DNA of 36,074 nt from Octopus bimaculoides (GCF_001194135.2 NC_069001.1:21155553-21191626), one strand, 5' to 3'; positions 1 through 12,388 are shown, numbered from the stretch's first letter. The notes: generated by a model from the sequence alone, not told the origin. A program made the numbers and translations.

Positions 1-155
1 TATATATATGTATATATTACAATTAATAAGACGAATGACCCCTAAAGTGGATTCCTATCTGTAATATAATATGTGAGAATTATTCTGTTGCTATTATAAA
101 ACTCGGAGCGGAAACCTGATCCGGCATCTCTTCAGTTATCGAGGCAATCAAAATA

Positions 156-370
156 TGCCCACGGGCATATTGTGTTGTGGTTAAGAGCGCGGGCTACTAA
201 CCCCAAGATTCCGAGTTCGATTCCAGGCAGTGACCTGAATAATAATAATAATAATAATAATAGCAACAACGAAAAATACCAAAGGGATGAGAACCCAGGT
301 TAGAAATTTCCCCAAGACACATAACAACAAACAAGATGAGGACAAATATACGTCAAATGTAAATAATGTA
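156..370 (+). mobile_element. tRNA-headed short repeat (copy 1, hammerhead core deleted)
   Basis: Aligns to 32118-32419: tgcccacgggcatat, tRNA-like head (A box decayed, B box gttcgattc at 215-223), (AAT)n, gagaacccagg..cccaagacac, then taacaacaaacaagatg..aaataatgta. Confidence 0.85.
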
Positions 371-1399
371 TACCATTTAATGTTTTGGTATAACTTTAAA
401 ACTAACAGAAACAGCTATTTATCTTTTCCTACCGGATTTAACCCAAATTGAGCATTTTCAAGGTTACTAAAAACTTTCTCAAATTTCTTTAAATGTTTTA
501 TATAATTTTAAAAGCAATATAGAACAAAATAGAACAGGAATAATTACAGGTTGTACTCATAAGGATAAGAGAGTCGTAGTTGTAAATGTAAACGCATTAG
601 CATCAATTAAAGTTGTATTATAATTTCATGAAATATTTTACATAATTTTAATAGCAATAAAGAACAAAATAAAAATTTTAGCTTGAAATTATGCACAAAT
701 ATAAGACTATATTATATTTTAAAGATCGATAGAAACTTTTTCCTGTATGATGTGATTTACACGGATCCTCAAACTTTTTCACTATATTGTGCCATACAAA
801 TTTCTAAAAATCTTTCGAAAGCAAAGATACGGCACAACGAATTAAACTAAGAAAATCCATTCACTAGATTATCCATTCAAGCAGGAAAAATGAAAAAGAG
901 ACTACACTGTAGAATGAGGAAGAGGAGAACTAAATACCTAGGTCAGTAATAAGAAAAGCATCAACGCAATCTGTGCGACAAGTCCATAAGAAAATAAATT
1001 GTGAGGTAGAGAGGTATGTGATAATATTCTCAAAGCTACTTTCCTCATAAGTAAACCAAATTAATATTTAGCGTAAGAAAATTCGCTTTTAGGAACAGTC
1101 AGTGAAATCGAATCAAATCGAAAATATACGAACATTGGTTAACCTTAACTCTTAGCTAGAAAATTACGAGTGGACAGAACAACAGGAAAAACTATCATAA
1201 GAAATGACGCTCGATAAAACGAAATGGAATTTATGAAACAGAGTAGATTCAAATGAGAAATACGAAAGCATTAATGACGAAAAATTGAACTTCCCAAAAC
1301 AATTATGGGGATTTCCTGAATATGATTTGCAAATTAAGTTGAGAGGAATGCAAAAACGAAAGATATGCTGTCATTACAGTAGCGGTGGAATTGGGCTCC

Positions 1400-2070
1400 T
1401 AGTCTATGAGGTTCTTAAAAATTTATTACCAGGATTTAACACTTCTAAAAATCGTCAGAGGTTTTTTTTCTAGCAGGAAAAGCCGCGTTTGTTGTTGATG
1501 AATAAACCTATCACATCATTAAAAAGGACCGCTTTCTTCAGGTGCCCCAACTCGTGTATCACTTCAAAAGTCCAAGGCTTCCTAGGCTTACGTAAAGTTT
1601 AATCAATCTCTCATTTGACATTCCAATAAAGGCATGGATGGCTAAGAGCCTTTTCGAAATGTGGCTCACAAACATTTTTTGTCCTGTTATAGAAAGGTAT
1701 AATGTCAGATATTGTATTTCTAAAAAGCATTGCTCTTTTTAGACAATGCATCTAGCCATCATGTAAACTTAAATTAGCTTTCTGATTATGTGAGAGTAGA
1801 ATATATTCCCACATCGCATGAATAAAACGTCTTTGCTCCAACTAATGGATCAAGGTGTGATAGCTAATTCCAAGGCATATTTATCTGAGAATTTCCACAG
1901 AACTTATGAAAGCAATTGACAGGGAGGATAAACCTATAGTTAAAGACTTCTGAAAGAAGTTCACCATAATAGATACTGGAAAGTCAACATGTGAAAGATA
2001 TTGTGACACTTGCAAATGATGTAGAGTTTCAAGAAGTCATAAAGAATGCTAGGATTTTGTTATTAATGTC
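1400..2070 (+). mobile_element. Decayed Tigger/pogo-type DDE transposase remnant
   Basis: Frameshifted motifs in expected order: LPGFNTSKNR (~1427), AWMAKSLFEMWLTNIFCP (1632), DNASSH (1742), LLQLMDQGVIANSKAY (1833), YLRISTELMKAID..KDF*KKFTIID. Element ends not found. Confidence 0.8.
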
Positions 2071-2258
2071 CCAAAGAGAACGTTTATTGAACGAAGAATC
2101 TGATACTGTTCAAACAACAGCAAACTGACAATGCAGATGACAATATTTTCTCTATATATCAATAGAAATCTATTTTGTGGGTAATTTTCTCATTTGAAGA
2201 AAGGATTTTCATAATTTTTATGCGCACTGTAATTTGTGGTTGAATATAAAGAAATAAA

Positions 2259-2325
2259 GCGGTGCCCCAGCATGGCAACAGCCTTAGGGCTGAAACGTAT
2301 AAAAGAATAAAAGCATAAAATAGTT
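2259..2325 (+). mobile_element. SINE 3' tail fragment
   Basis: gcggtgccccagcatggc..gctgaaacgtataaaagaataaaag resembles the tails of the SINEs at 10688 and 27644. Confidence 0.6.
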
Positions 2326-2989
2326 ATGTCATCGAGGCACAGTGCTGTCGAAGGAGCATTGGTATTTTGAGAATATCAGGTGGATCTTACGCAAGTTGTA
2401 CTCATTACATGACCATATTCAACAAGACAATTTCTAATTTTAAATAGTATGAAAATAATTTATTTTACTAGAAAAAGGAAATGCGTTGGAATTCAACGGA
2501 TTTTCTTGCTAGTTTTATTTCAGTGAACTAGAAATATCTTTAACACGTACAATGTTTTCGAATTGTAGTTTTACCTGTTTTAAATGTTCTGCATATATTA
2601 CTTTCTTATAGAATTTGATTTAAATCTTTATGTTAATGGTTTGAGGTTTTACTTATTATTTTTCTCTGTTTTCACAATGGTATTCTAAAGCTAACCTTTG
2701 AAACAGTTTATTCCTTTCATCTTTACTTTGAATCGTAATGGCAACATCTTTTCTTTAAAACAAACATTCGTGAAGGAAACAAGTGATCTTAGTGTTTATT
2801 TTGACGTATGTTGACATTTTCAGGTGCAGAAATTTAATTGTATTCCTTCATGATTATGTTTAACGAGACATTTTCTAATTTTAAACAGCACGTAAAGAAT
2901 TCTCTCATGAAAAGGAAATACACTGTAAGTTAACACATTTTCTTTTTGATTTCCTTCATCTTTGCATTAGGGTAAAATTAATAATAACG

Positions 2990-3063
2990 ACGATAATGAT
3001 AACGATGATGATGATAATGATGATAAGAAAAAAAACCAAAAAAACAATAGCAATGATGATGAC

Positions 3064-3108
<45 letters not shown>
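2990..3108. repeat. (GAT)n/(AAT)n microsatellite
   Basis: Visible tandem trinucleotide run; explains the poly-Met ORF 2996-3352. Confidence 0.95.
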
Positions 3109-3375
3109 AGTTATTGTTATTATAGTCATTCAGTTTGATTTGTTTTCTAAGGTAGTTGGTCTTGTCATGCGAATATGCATATTTTTCTCTTTTGAAGGAC
3201 GCAGTTCAGTAATAAACTCTATACTGAGAATGCTGATTACCCGAAGAAATACTTGCTATATGATGTATAAACAAAGCGATATTAACAAGATTAAGGAGGA
3301 AATTAAAATTCACACTATATATCAACAACTATATCACCTGATAGAAATATGAACAATGATATAATTTCCACAATA

Positions 3376-4600
3376 CACTGAACCACAAAAGAAAAGCGAG
3401 ACGTGTGTGACTGCGAAATATGTTTTAATTTCATCATTTAATCAGAAATAAATCCGATAAAGTCAATTTCTTGGATGCACTTTGATCACAGTCTCTGAGT
3501 CATTGACATGTGATCTGGTAGTGGTCGGATCCAACACATCGAAATTGTTGGGCGTGACATGTTCAATACCGTGTATGCCCTCCCTGGGTGTTCAAAACGG
3601 ACTTACACCGTCTGTACATGGAGCGAATGAGATGGTTCACAAAAGCCATTGGCGCCCGTGTCCACATCCTGAGGAAATCTGCCTCCAGTTCCACTGAGTT
3701 GTCGGCTTTGGGACCACCTGATTCAGCCGTCTCTGGACTTCATCCCACAGGTGTTCAATTGGGTTAAAATCCGGGCTGAGAGCCGGCCATGGCATGATTT
3801 TGATGTACTAACGCAGGAAGTCCATGATGACCCTGGCTGTGTGGGAAGGAGCATTGTCCTGCCGGCACACGTGGCTATGGTGACACGCGAAGAAGGGCAC
3901 GATATGAAGTCTTAGAATCTGGTCAACGTAGCGCTGCGCCGTGATGCCATTCCCTCTGCCTGCACCAACATTTTGGAACACATGGGCCCAATTCTTTGAT
4001 TCAGGTCTATAGCACGCCAAATCATGATACCTTGTCCACTCTACGCGTCTCTCTCCATGAAACATGCGTCTCTGTAGCTTTCATCCTTCCTACACCACAC
4101 TCTCATTCTGCTATCTGAGGTGGAATCGCAGTACCAGTTCTCGTCAGAGAAGACTATCGACCTCCATTGTTGATGCCATCAATGTCGGTGCTGTGCAACC
4201 CACTGTTGTCGTGCCTGACGGTAGCGGGCGGCAAGGACAGGCCCTCGATCAGGATGACGGCAATACAGGTTGTTGGCGGCCAGTTGACGTCGTACCGTGT
4301 CGTCGCTGATGGGTCGCTGTCCAACACCAATGGTCTCGCGAGCTGTCACGCTGGCCAGTCACGCTGAAGCGATCACGGAAATGTTCCAAGTAAATAAAGC
4401 GATCTTGCCTGGGCGTGGTCACCCAGGGGTGCCCCTTGCGAGCACGGTCTGCAGTGCTGATGGTGTTGTTGTATCGCTGTTCCAAGCGATAGATGGTGTT
4501 GACATGGACATTGTAAGCTTTCGCAACAACCAGGGCACACGACCCTGCTTGCAATCGGACGATAGCTTGTTCTCTCTGCGCTGCTGACAATCGCGTCACA
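3376..4600 (-). mobile_element. Tc1 transposon, decayed transposase, one terminus
   Basis: Minus strand: TRLSAAQREQAIVRLQAG..TIYRL..DRARKGHPWVTTPRQDRF (HTH), FSDE, QDNAPSHTA, WPALSPDFNPIEHLWDE; stops and frameshifts present. TA+cactgaaccacaaaagaaaagcgag at 3374-3400 looks like a Tc1 terminus; the partner TIR is not found. Confidence 0.93.
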
Positions 4601-4624
4601 TCTGATGTGACCAAATTACAAATT

Positions 4625-7025
4625 AATTTTCTTCCGGCTATAAAGGCCTTACATAGAAGGGAAAACATAAAAACTGACAAATATACAAGTGGGGACAAAA
4701 TTAAAAAAACGAACGAAAACGATGAAAAGTAATCAAATGAGATGATGGAATGACTGCTGCTCGAACCCCACAGTCCCAGCGACCTCATTGATCCTTTTTA
4801 CAAACAATTACAATAGTTAACGTTCTCTCTCTTTTTCTTTTAAAAAATTGTAATCGTGTAAACTTACAGTTTTTTGATCGACTACGCAGTCGATTTCTAT
4901 CGTCTGTTCATCAATGATCGACCCATATTTCTTTTTTAGTTCTTTAAGAAGCTCTTTACTAATAAATACGCCACTAGCGTTATCAAAGTAGTCATCAACA
5001 TTGCACACCTTCACGCCTTTGTCCATTCTGTCCATCTCCTCTACCAACTTTTTAGTCGACCTACAGAATATTACAATATAACTCTTTTCATGGGGTGGAG
5101 CTTTCGGTTCATGTCTGCTTGCTTGTTTTTTTGCAGGGGTAAGGTGAGGGTCGGCGTTTAATGGTGCAGAGTGGGGGCTCGTGCATGAGGGGGCAGGGTG
5201 GGGAAGAGAGTGGTAGGGTAAGGATGGGGTAGGGTTGGGTTGGGGATCTTCGTCACTGGTATGTTGTCTCTTCCTTCGTTTCCTTTTTTTGTTCTGGAAG
5301 TCCATTCTTTCACTGCTTCCTCTCGTTCACATGGATCCTCAGTTTGTATTTCCATCGCCTTTGGTGCCACATTGAGTGGAAGAATGGTTTCCACTGGTTG
5401 AGCCTCTAGAACCTTTGCTGGGGGGGGNNNNNNNNNNATTCAGTTCTTATCTGGCCCATCCAGCTGCACTTAAAACACCGGGGCTTTCTACCCTCCACAA
5501 TAACTCTCAACTTTTTTCGCCCACCACAATGGTGTCCACTATCGTGTCCAAGTCTTCTGGGGGTAGTCTGGATGACCATTTCCAGGCCTTGCCTCATCCA
5601 GTTCCGTGCCTGGAGGATTGTTACTTTCTTTTCCAGGCCCAACACTATGGCCGCAATCAGCCAGTTAACATCTACCTTCTGTGGTATCTCCTCCACCCTC
5701 ACCCTAGAAGCCCGTCTTCCAAGGTAAGAAAGTAGGCGGATTATATTCTCTGTTGCTAATGAGGACCACGGAGTGTTGCCTGGCCTTCTCTTCAGTGGGA
5801 AACCTCATTTCCACTGTTGCAAATTTGGTCCCCCAGGCCAGGTATATTATATCTGACCAGATGGGAGCCAAAGACTTCTCGATTTCTCTTCTTTCAGCCA
5901 CGTTGATGGCTTTTTCCTTTCTGTTAAAACTTTTGAATGTTACCGTTTTCATGGTAACCCTCGGAGCCACTTCACCGGGAGGGGACAATCTTATCTCTTG
6001 CCCCTCCCTATACAATCTGCTTTCGTATTTCTTTAATTCGTTCGTTACCATTTCCAAAATTTACCTTTCTAAACCGGCCGCAACCACAAAACTCTTCTTT
6101 TCACACACCACCTTTCTCTTCCTCAGTTCCTCTCCCATGCTGTTCACGCAGTTGCGTGGCTCCATTACTTCGGCATCCAAGATAGATATTTTGTCCTCTA
6201 GACCATCCATTGGTAACTGCCGTGACGAGCCACCCCGGGTTCATCTCAGGGGGTATTCCATTGATATTTATTCGTGACGTCCTTCTACCCATATATACGG
6301 GCAGAAGGACCACCTCCTCGGTCTTTAGAGGATCTACAGACTGGAGCCGGGCTACCTCTTCTGACTCCATTGTGACCTCAATAGTGGCATATCTTTTGCT
6401 TCTTGCTATATAATTAATCTTATGCCAAATAGGTTTTAAACATTTTTCGATCTCCGACTCTATTACGTAGTCAATCTATTTTTTCCTTCACTTTAAATGT
6501 TTTAAATACGATTGTCTTCTTCTCAATTCCTTCTTGCATTTCTTTTGGCGGTACTACTCTGGTTTCGTTTCCTTCTCTCGCTAACATTTCCTTATGCTTG
6601 TGCAGATTATTTAAATTAATTTTCTTGGTCTTTGCCCCGGCCACCGCTGCAAAGTCCAACTTTTCTTTGATTTTTCTTTCTTTTCGTCCACCTTATCTTT
6701 AGTTAGGAGGCTTGCCACTTCAATATTTTTCCTAGATGTTGCTGTCTTCTTCATAGTTTTTGGGTCGTCTTCATCCGAATCTTGTAAAACACAAATATTT
6801 TCAAATTTTTCTCTGTCTCCTCTTCACTCTTGCTGGTACTCTGCCTTTCGCAGCTTGTCATCTTTCAGGTCTTCCCCCAACGGGGAAAAACAATTGTTTT
6901 AACAAACAATAATAATAAGCTCTAACAATAAATCCAACCTTTAACAGTCTCCTTCTCCAACTTGGTAACACAATCCAAACGTAATCCAACAAATAACACG
7001 AAGCGCAGCAAGAAGGACAAATTTC
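4625..7025 (-). mobile_element. Tx1/L1-clade ORF1 (gag-like) unit with own 3' UTR, frameshifted
   Basis: Joined minus-strand ORFs 6471-6659, 6101-6370, 5704-6057, 5406-5702 and 4817-5305: two RRM-like modules, knuckle RVIVEGRKPRCFKCSWMGQIRTE (next residue in N gap), Pro/Lys-rich tail, stop at 4817. No ORF2 follows. Confidence 0.75.
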
Positions 7026-7029
7026 GAAT

Positions 7030-7869
7030 GATTTTATTATTGTCCATTAAGGACGAACACAGAGGGGACAGCATAATATGATCTGGGGGTCATATAATAC
7101 GAAATGAGGTTAAAAATTTATATAAAACATGATAACGACGAATGGGGTACAAAAGACAATAGCACACAAAAGGGACAAATGGGGTTAAAAAAGACAGGTA
7201 TGCTCCGACCCCACGTGTCCTGCCTTTTTAACCGACACCTTGTATTTCTATTATAACATGCTCACGCAGGGCCTTTCTCTCCCAACATACGTGCAACACG
7301 CGTCCTTCGTTTTTGAAACACGCTCTGTAACAGACACCGTCTCTCCAGCCCCACCTTTCTTTTCAGGTAAAACGTAAAAACATTTACTAAGGCGGGGCCA
7401 GATATGAAGCAGTCTGTCACAAAACCTTTCATTCTCGACTTCCAAATCACCTCTTTCGCAATTGCTGCTACTATGAGAAAACAATTCTTACCTTCATTCG
7501 TGAGGAAGTCCGGTGGATTGATTTTTAGAATCGACTCAGCTGATAGCTGTATTCTTCTCACATCTGACAACAGGTGTTCTGCATAAACCAACACTTCTGA
7601 AATGCCAGGACACTGCACAATAGCCTGCAGGACGGTTTCCACGTCCCGCTCGCATCTTGGGCAGGCCGACGGCCCAGGATGACCATGTCTGGTGAGTTTA
7701 TCTCGAACCAGCAAGGCTCCTCTGAAACATTGCCAGGCCAGTGACTTTTGGAAATTATCCAGAGTCCTTGGCCCAAATGTTCTCAGGAACAGGCCGACCA
7801 ACTGGTTATCATCGAGACTCAGAGTCCTCCCCAGGTCATCGTCGTTTTCAGCCTCTACCAACCTGCTAT
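7030..7869 (-). mobile_element. Tx1/L1-clade LINE ORF2 C-terminus and 3' UTR
   Basis: LAWQCFRGALLVRDKL..SACPRCERDVETVLQAIVQCP (zf-RVT-like, His->Gln), stop at 7262, T-rich UTR, AATAAA at 7038-7033; 5' part lost in gap 7870-8230. Confidence 0.88.
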
Positions 7870-8230
7870 NNNNNNNNNNNNNNNNNNNNNNNNNNNNNNN
7901 NNNNNNNNNNNNNNNNNNNNNNNNNNNNNNNNNNNNNNNNNNNNNNNNNNNNNNNNNNNNNNNNNNNNNNNNNNNNNNNNNNNNNNNNNNNNNNNNNNNN
8001 NNNNNNNNNNNNNNNNNNNNNNNNNNNNNNNNNNNNNNNNNNNNNNNNNNNNNNNNNNNNNNNNNNNNNNNNNNNNNNNNNNNNNNNNNNNNNNNNNNNN
8101 NNNNNNNNNNNNNNNNNNNNNNNNNNNNNNNNNNNNNNNNNNNNNNNNNNNNNNNNNNNNNNNNNNNNNNNNNNNNNNNNNNNNNNNNNNNNNNNNNNNN
8201 NNNNNNNNNNNNNNNNNNNNNNNNNNNNNN
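7870..8230. other. Assembly gap (others: 5428-5437, 18932-19596, 20717-21442, 25001-25383, 26765-27234, 31325-31469)
   Basis: N runs, mostly flanked by microsatellites. Confidence 0.99.
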
Positions 8231-8599
8231 AGTAGTGATATAATCATTAGAATGAAAAAAAAAAACATCTCGCCTGGAGTTAAGATGTAGTTTTGAGTGA
8301 GATTTTAACAATCATTTGCATGGGTTAATCTGGGAAGCAATTTATAATGTTTACTTGAATAACAGCAGTTCTAAGATGAACGGGCTGTGCATCATTGTGG
8401 TTCTCATTTATGTTTTGTGGAATGTCAGTTGCCGAGGTTTCCTCTTCGGAGATAGGAAATACTCAGCAACTGACATTCCACAAGACATGAGAAAACCTCT
8501 TGAGTTCATGCAGTGATATATGAACACTAACACTTTCTCATTCTCAATTCCTTGGAGTTGGTGTCTATTGATAAAATATTTTCATGCATTTTGAGAGAG

Positions 8600-8625
8600 G
8601 AAGAAAGAAAGAGAGAGAGTGTGAG

Positions 8626-8699
<74 letters not shown>

Positions 8700-8703
8700 A
8701 GAG
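8600..8703. repeat. (GA)n microsatellite
   Basis: Visible dinucleotide run. Confidence 0.95.
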
Positions 8704-10119
8704 AGTACTAATTAATAAAATATGTCTAGGACAGAAACACGCATGTATCACAATACCTATCTAACCATCTATCTCCTTTTCTGTCTCTTTTACCATATTC
8801 CATTGCGTTTGCATACGCGTTGACATGTATTTCTTTAAATTAGAAGTCAGCGTCTGTCTTTTTCTTATAGATAAGAAAAGCTTAGTTGAAGTTGATGAAG
8901 ATATGACCGAAGACCAAGTTTTGATTTCTGAAAAATCTTATTCACTTCATTATTCATACTGATTTCTACATAAAAAAAACAAAACAAAAAACAAAAAAGT
9001 GCTACTTTTACAAAGTACTGTTTACCTTGTTTGTGAGAAATCACGTGTGAAATATTTAACAGTTGCTTTATACCTGGAGGATAGGCAGCATAATTTTTCT
9101 CTAGTTTCAGTTTAGAACCACTTTTCAAATTGACATTAGGCTTACGTTCATGAGTTGTCACAAAATAAAAATGCGTAAAATGGAACATGACATCTTAATT
9201 TGAAGGAATATTTGTTCATGCATGTTAATATGTATTTTCAAATTTTCTATTTTAGTTTTTTTTCCTGTTCATTTAACAGCTGCTTCTAAAATTCATATTT
9301 TATATTATGTGCTGTTCATATTAGCATGAAATTAAAACAGAACAACTTATTTCTTTTAAAATATATTTAGTTACAGATACATCTCACTTCCTCAAAGAAA
9401 CGGACAATCTGTACCACAGACAGCAACAATATGTGGAATAGAAAAATGTAATATTCAATATATGATTTTGATTACACTAGGAGGAGCAAAGATATTGCAG
9501 AAAAGAAGTATTAAAAAAAAAGCATGAATTATGAAGTGAGACACTGAAACCATTTTTATGGTGCATATCTACAGTAAAACCGACGGCTTGTCTCGACATG
9601 GAGATAGATTTAGAATTGTACGATAATCTCTGGTAATCATGCCATCTCAACGGCGTTGGAAACCTAATGGAAACATTATTTTCAATTAGAATTTCCTCAG
9701 GATTAAAAATACAGGAATTACTTTACATTATTCAAATAAAATAGTGCAAGCAACTGTTTTCTGTGTATGATTATAGCTTTTAAACCAAGATCAGAAATAT
9801 ATCAGAAATTATTGTGCTTTAGATTTATGCGTAGCATTTTTATTACTTTTTACAAGTCCTAATTCTTCTCAACAAACAGCAACAATCATGCAGTCTGTTG
9901 GTAAGAAGCATACTTAGTTATTTTTTTTACATTTAATCGCAAAAATTAACGCAAATACGGCTTAAGTTTATAAGCGAAAACATAACAAACCTAACACCAT
10001 ATCTGTTTTACTATAAATATTTTGAATGAATATACTACAATGAACTTTTTTCAACACTTAATTGAAAGCGGGTTGAATAAATATCTGGACATGTAAAAGG
10101 TAAAATGATTAGTATACTA

Positions 10120-11600
10120 AAATATGACATATTCGCATAATTCTGAACAGTACCCTGTTACACTTTGCCATCATTTCTTTTTATTCACGAAGCTTTTGCC
10201 ATGTTTGTCATTGCTGATATTTGCTTTCAATTTATTTTCGTTAGTGAAATCTTGTATTCGTTAGAATGTCTTCCTCGTGTTGTTGCTAGAAAATCTCCAC
10301 ATTTTTCAACTATACTTCTCTGCTCTGTTATACTGCCTTAATTTCCGTCTTAATTTCCTTACAGATAATCGTGCATTTTACTCTTCCTACTTACCCTTTT
10401 TAATTTTTTACTTCTGTCACACGATACCATTATAATTTCTGTGACTCATGGTTTCGTTATGTGACACCTTTTTCACCGAAGATTACTTGGTATGTCTGTC
10501 ATCAGTATCAACCTTACATATGGTAGTTTCTTCCCCGTGTATGCTTGATGCAAATTTTTAGCTTGGGATTACTTGAAATTCTTCAAAGGTAACTGTATTT
10601 TTGTTGTATGCGGTCGAATCACAATCAGTTGTTTTGTCGCATATTGATTCTTCTCAGCATACTCTGAAGAGAATGAACAGTAGGGACAGGCTGGCTGTGT
10701 GATAAGATGTTTGCCTCTTAACCACATGGTTCCGGGTTCAGTCCCACTGCAAGGCACCTTGGGAAAGCGTTTTCTAATATAGACCAAAGCAAAGTGATTA
10801 GATTTGATACACAGAAACTGAAAGAAGCCCTACGCTTCCGTAACTTAGAGTTTCGGCAAAAGAGAACCGATGGAGTAAGTACCAAGCTTAGAAAAATAAG
10901 TACTGAGATCAAGTCATTCGACTAAAAATTCTTGATGGCGGTGCACCAGCATGGCAGCAACAAGTAAAAGATAAAAGATAAAACGTTCATCAGATCCAAA
11001 TCATGGTAACTACTTCCAGATGCTCCTGGAAACGTTCTTAACTTCGCTTGTTTATTCCAGGTTTGTATAGTTTTGTAATTGTAATAGTTGATCGAATGGC
11101 ATGATTTATTGAGTGCATGTCGAGTCCATACGGAATGCTTTGTGCTTACTACAGTATCTCATTGTTATAATTAGCAAATTCTTGTAGGCAGAATCTCCTA
11201 TCTTTTGAGGTGTTATTGCATTGTATGAAGGGCTGATCGAATTTCCCCGCACTTTTGCATTCGAGGTACTCTCCATAGTTCTTTTCGTTGGTGATATCTC
11301 GAAGTACTATTACAGAATTCGCCAAAGTGTTCATTATCATTATCTCTTTTTGGGATTTAGGCTTGTGCCTCTGCAATGCTGAAGGGGATTAACCTTCGGA
11401 ACCTATGGTAACGAACCTACTCAATGCCATATCTGCAATATCGACGGATTTATTGACTTGAACCACTCCGCCATTTGCATAACTGTTTTCCTTTCCATCT
11501 GTATTCTTCAGTTTGTATTTCTCCCTTATTCTCTTATCTGGTTTCAGAGAGGAATCAGTTTAACTCTACATCTATTATGAGTTGTCTGGTTGAGTGCTTT
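10120..11600 (-). mobile_element. Old RTE-clade LINE remnant (APE domain and linker), interrupted by a SINE
   Basis: Minus translation: GKENSYANGGVVQVNK..SRFVTI, LQEFANYN, RTFPGASGSSYHDLDLMN (APE end), NNTRKTF*RIQDFT..ISNDKHGK, GYCSEL; many stops. Confidence 0.7.
10688..10984 (+). mobile_element. tRNA-derived SINE (family B, internally deleted)
   Basis: Head ggctgtgtgataag..ccgggttcagtcccactgc, body cagaaactgaaagaagccc, tail ggcggtgcaccagcatgg..(taaaaga)n; homologous to 27644-28078. Confidence 0.9.
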
Positions 11601-11613
11601 TATATTCTGCATA

Positions 11614-11920
11614 GGTGCGTGGCTTAGTGGTTAGGGTATTCGGCTGAGGATCGTAATGTCGTGAGTTCGAAAACTGGCGGCGCGTTGTGTTCTGGAGTAA
11701 GACACTTTATTTCACGTTGCTGCAGTCCACTCAGCTGGCGTAAATGAGTTGTATCTACAATTCAAAGGGGCCAATGTTGTCACATTCTATGTCACTCTGA
11801 ATCTCCCTGAGAATAACATGGGTACGCGTGTCTGTTGAGGGATCAGCCACTTGCACGTTAATTTCACGAGTTCCATTGATCGGATAAAATGGAACCCTCG
11901 TCGCAATCGACGGAGTGCCA
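11614..11920 (+). mobile_element. tRNA-derived SINE (family A)
   Basis: A box tggcttagtgg, B-box-like gagttcgaaaac, body ttgtgttctggagtaagacactttatttcacgttgc, end cgacggagtgcca. Confidence 0.85.
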
Positions 11921-12285
11921 TTCTACATAGCAACGAATCTCTACCATGAATCTTTACTGTTAGATCACAGTAGCACGATTATTGTACACCCTCTCGTGAG
12001 AGACTGAGAGTACTGTCATTATTTTCCGTTCCAGAGTCATTTCTTGTACAGTGTATCTTGGGAATGAAATGTGGCTGAAACCATTCGCTCTATATGTGTG
12101 ACCCCAGGCGGCTTGCCTAGGACATGCACACGAAGCTATTATAGGTCATGGGGATTTCTACTTTGGCTGGGGATTGTAATGGATTTCATTCGTCCGGTAG
12201 CACTGTATTTACAGAAACATCTCACGGACTTTTGCTCTCCAGATAAGAAATATTAAGAGACGGGTAAGTAATACTGATGGTTTAT

Positions 12286-12344
12286 TAACCCTTCAAGGTG
12301 GTGCTCCAGCATGGACGCGGTCACAGTCAAATGACCGAAACACG

Positions 12345-12388
<44 letters not shown>
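12286..12388 (+). mobile_element. SINE family B 3' tail plus (TA)n
   Basis: aaggtggtgctccagcatgg..cagtcaaatgaccgaaacacgta followed by a TA run. Confidence 0.75.

Noticed and set aside
77-140. Minus-strand CTGAAGA (135-129) with possible stem II GATGC/GCAAC
   Set aside because: Followed by GAAT rather than GAAA, and stems I and III do not close. It may be a very decayed PLE hammerhead but is unsupported.
496-671. 36-bp AT-rich direct repeat (496-531, 636-671)
   Set aside because: Low complexity, two copies only, no further structure.
2824-2924. Candidate exon between ttttcag and GTAAGT (or 36-nt version 2889-2924)
   Set aside because: The long form has stops in all frames; the short form has no recognisable product or partner exon.
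3745-3860. Apparent D33E spacing in the Tc1 catalytic triad as a novel family
   Set aside because: The interval contains a stop and is best explained by loss of one codon from a DD34E element in a dead copy.
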